Source: Anaerolineales bacterium (GTDB lineage: Bacteria; Chloroflexota; Anaerolineae; Anaerolineales; UBA4823). Taken from it: a stretch of DNA of 64,000 bases. The stretch spans positions 133,693-197,692 of the forward strand of contig JAOSJQ010000001.1 in NCBI GenBank assembly GCA_027494035.1. The letters run 5' to 3'. Under the pieces are notes generated by a model, which ran no database searches, was not told where the DNA came from, and worked only from the letters and a program-made list of their open reading frames with translations. Numbering within the stretch: the first letter of the stretch is position 1; each line of letters begins with the position of its first letter. Position numbers and translations under genes: made by a program. Positions 61,425-64,000 of the stretch are shown here, one piece after another.

Positions 61425-62914
61425 TCACGCCATCTCGTTCAACAGTACAATCGCCTGCTCGAGGCGCTGCAGAGTGAGGGGCTTTCCAATGATCTCCAGG
61501 CTTTGGAAAAGCGGCGGGCTGACCCTTTGACCGGTCACCGCCACCCGGATCATGCCAAAAAGCTGACCTGAGCTTAGTCCGAGTTCATCTGCCAGCAGGC
61601 GCATGCACGGCTCGACCGTCTCCAGTTTGATGTCGTCTACCCCGGCGATCAAATCGTAAGCCCGCCGGAGCGCCGCGGCGGATTCGGCTGGGGACATTTT
61701 TGCGCCGGCCAGGTCTGCCGGTTCGGGATGGACCTCAGCCTGAAAGAAAAAACCTGCCATTTGAACTGCATCGTCCAGCGTAACCAAACGCTCCTGGATA
61801 ATTGGAGCAATGCGCAGCAGCCGGTCAGGGTCGACTGAATAACCGGCGGCTTCCAGAAACGGGCGCACACGCCCAGCCAGGTCTTCGGGGCTGAGGCTGC
61901 GGATGTGCAAACCGTTGAAATGATCCAGTTTGGTGAAATTGATTGCCGCCGGGGAGGGGTTCAGGCGCTCCAGGCTGAACTTCTCGATCAGGTCTGCCAG
62001 GGTGAAGAACTCGGTTCGATCATCGTAGCTCCAGCCCATCAAGGCAATCCAATTCGCCACCCCTTCCGGCAGGTAACCCAGGTTCTGCAAATCTCCGAGG
62101 AAAATCGAAAACCCATCTTTGAGCGTCTGCGCCGCTTCACGCTTGCTCATCTTGCCCTTCCCGCTCGGCTTGAGGAATATCGAGAGGTGGACAAATTCCG
62201 GCGGCGCCCACCCAAAGGCTTTCAATAAGTGGACATGCAGCGGGAAGGTCGGCAGCCATTCGACCCCCGAATGACATGGCTGATCTTCATCAGGTGATCG
62301 TCCACCATCGCGGCGAGGTGATACAGCGCCAGTCCATCGGATTTGACCAGGACATAATCATCGAGGCTGCGGTTTTCAACCGTGATGTCACCCCGTAAAT
62401 AATCATGCACGGTGATCGAGCCTTCCTGGGGCATTTTGAACCGCACCACGTGGCGCTCACCGGCTGCGACTCGCCGCGCCGCTTCGTCAGGGTCGATCCG
62501 CCGGCATGTTCCATCATAGTGTGAATTGATCTTGGCTTTGATCTGCTCCTGGCGCACGCGTTCCAGGCGCTCCGCTGAGCAGAAACAATAATAGGCATGA
62601 CTGGTCTCGATCAAGCGCCGGGCGTATTCTTGATAGATTTCTTTTCTGAGCGACTGGCGGTAGGGTCCGTCCGGTCCGCCGACGTCGGGTCCTTCATCCC
62701 AATCCAACCCAAGCCAGCGCAGCGTGCGCATCAGTTCTTCTTCCGCCCCCGGGACATAACGTTTCTGATCGGTATCCTCGATGCGCAAGATAAACGTCCC
62801 GCCGGTCTGGCGGGCGAGCAGATAGTTGTACAGCGCGGTGCGCCCGCTGCCAAGGTGTGTTCGTCCGGTTGGCGAAGGCGCAAAGCGCACCCGCACTGGA
62901 GCAAGTTTGGACAT
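61425..62914 (-). pseudogene. gltX: glutamate--tRNA ligase; frame broken at the C5/G5 run 62264-62268
   Basis: ORF 62222-62914 has RFAPSPTGRTHLGSGRTAL and stops shortly after ..SHVIRGS. The -1 frame continues EWLPTFPLHVHLLKAFGW into ORF 61425-62225, which has KMSKRE. Confidence 0.9.
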
Positions 62915-62979
62915 AAAACTCTCCTGTTTCGATCTGGCTGAGAGCAGCCCCTGAGCCTCTGAGCCAAATGGGCTTTAGA

Positions 62980-64000
62980 TCAGAATTCAAGCTGGCGGTG
63001 GCGCAGAACCACGCTCTGCACCAAACCGATGCCAATCAGAATCGAAAGCAGCGAACTGCCCCCGTAGCTGACGAACGGCAAGGTCAACCCGGTCGCAGGC
63101 ATCAGATTCAGGTTCACCCCGATATTCACAATCGTTTGGAACGCAATCATGGTCGCGACGCCCACGGCGAGCAACGCGCCAAAAGAGTCGCTCGCCAGGC
63201 GGGCTGCCCTCAAACAGCGTAAAATCACAAACACGATCACGCCCATAACCAACACAATGCCGACAAATCCAAATTCTTGCGCCATTGCCGAGAAGATGAA
63301 ATCAGACCAGCGCACCTTCAAGAAGCGCAGCTGCACCTGCGTGCCGTGCCCATATCCCTGCCCCAGCAGCCCGCCAGAACCAATCGCAATCAGCGCCTGC
63401 TGAATGTTATAAATCTCGCCATAGCTGGCGTTTGGATCCGGAAAGAGGAAGTTCAGCACACGGCGCTGCTGGTAGTCAACCAGGAAAGGAAATGCAACCA
63501 GAGGCAGCGTAATCGCTCCGATGACGAACATAAGCAGGTGCTGGAGGCGCAGACCGCTCGCCCAAAGCATCGTAAACCAGAGCACCAGCATCACAATCGC
63601 GGTGCTAAGGTTTGGCTGAAGCAAGATCCAGATGGTGATCCCCATGGTGGTCAGAAAACTTCGCCCAATCCAGACGAGATTTCCCATCCGTTCCATATTG
63701 CGCGTAAAAAAATCGGCGAGAATCATAATCAAAACGATCTTGGCAATTTCAGACGGCTGGATAAGGATCACACCGGTATCAAACCAGCGGGCAGAGCCAT
63801 AAAGCGCCGAACCTACAATATAGAGCGTCGCCAGCAGAAGAATGGTGATCACATACATCGGTCGGCTGATCGATGCCCATAACCGATAGTCAATCGCTGC
63901 CACGATTAACATCAATACTGTTCCAGCCAGGGCAAAAATCAATTGCCGCTGAACAAGGTTTAGTTCGACCAGTTCGATATTCCCCGCTATTGCCGAACTG
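62980..64000 (-). CDS. FtsW/RodA/SpoVE family peptidoglycan glycosyltransferase (5' end outside the window)
   Basis: Multi-TM SEDS-like sequence (..LPFVSYGGSSLL..). The frame stays open upstream of the track start (63942) to the window edge. Confidence 0.85.
   Translation of the reverse strand, partial: SSAIAGNIELVELNLVQRQLIFALAGTVLMLIVAAIDYRLWASISRPMYVITILLLATLYIVGSALYGSARWFDTGVILIQPSEIAKIVLIMILADFFTRNMERMGNLVWIGRSFLTTMGITIWILLQPNLSTAIVMLVLWFTMLWASGLRLQHLLMFVIGAITLPLVAFPFLVDYQQRRVLNFLFPDPNASYGEIYNIQQALIAIGSGGLLGQGYGHGTQVQLRFLKVRWSDFIFSAMAQEFGFVGIVLVMGVIVFVILRCLRAARLASDSFGALLAVGVATMIAFQTIVNIGVNLNLMPATGLTLPFVSYGGSSLLSILIGIGLVQSVVLRHRQLEF

Overview
This 64 kb window is a gene-dense bacterial chromosomal segment with GC in roughly the mid to high 50s percent by eye. 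About 55 protein genes, one tRNA and one riboswitch can be supported. I saw no transposase, integrase, phage gene or CRISPR array.

Gene content:
- Translation and transcription: nusA-ylxR-infB-rbfA-nrnA-truB-ribF-thyA-folA on the minus strand, plus rpsO-pnp, proS, glnS, gltX, tRNA-Gln(CUG) and a CCA-adding enzyme.
- Central carbon metabolism: 2-oxoacid dehydrogenase E1a/E1b/E2, pckA, mdh, a mitochondrial-type citrate synthase and sucCD.
- Isoprenoid and lipid genes: fni, a polyprenyl synthase and acpP.
- A Zn/Mn-type ABC importer.
- A cell-envelope cluster at 4.8-14 kb.

The envelope cluster is the least ordinary part. It holds a sortase with a small Cys-rich substrate that ends in a non-canonical PPNTG sorting signal, a degenerate cNMP-binding/TPR membrane protein, and a PD40-repeat (TolB-type beta-propeller repeat) lipoprotein. 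It also holds two tandem paralogs in which an ECF-like sigma factor is fused through one TM helix to a large extracytoplasmic sensor region.

Other notable points:
- A Trp-specific T-box (specifier UGG) with a consensus promoter controls a stand-alone trpB2.
- A leaderless mazG-like gene is translationally coupled to a LOG-family gene.
- A DHH-DHHA1-CBS-CCA fusion enzyme is present.
- An extended -10 promoter motif (TGnTAnAAT) recurs.

Annotation caveat: ten reading-frame breaks, each at a short homopolymer, interrupt conserved and partly essential genes (gltX, pnp, pckA twice, cca and others). This pattern fits consensus or assembly indel error better than real pseudogenes.

All function calls rest on motifs I recognise in the translations. 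No database search was possible.
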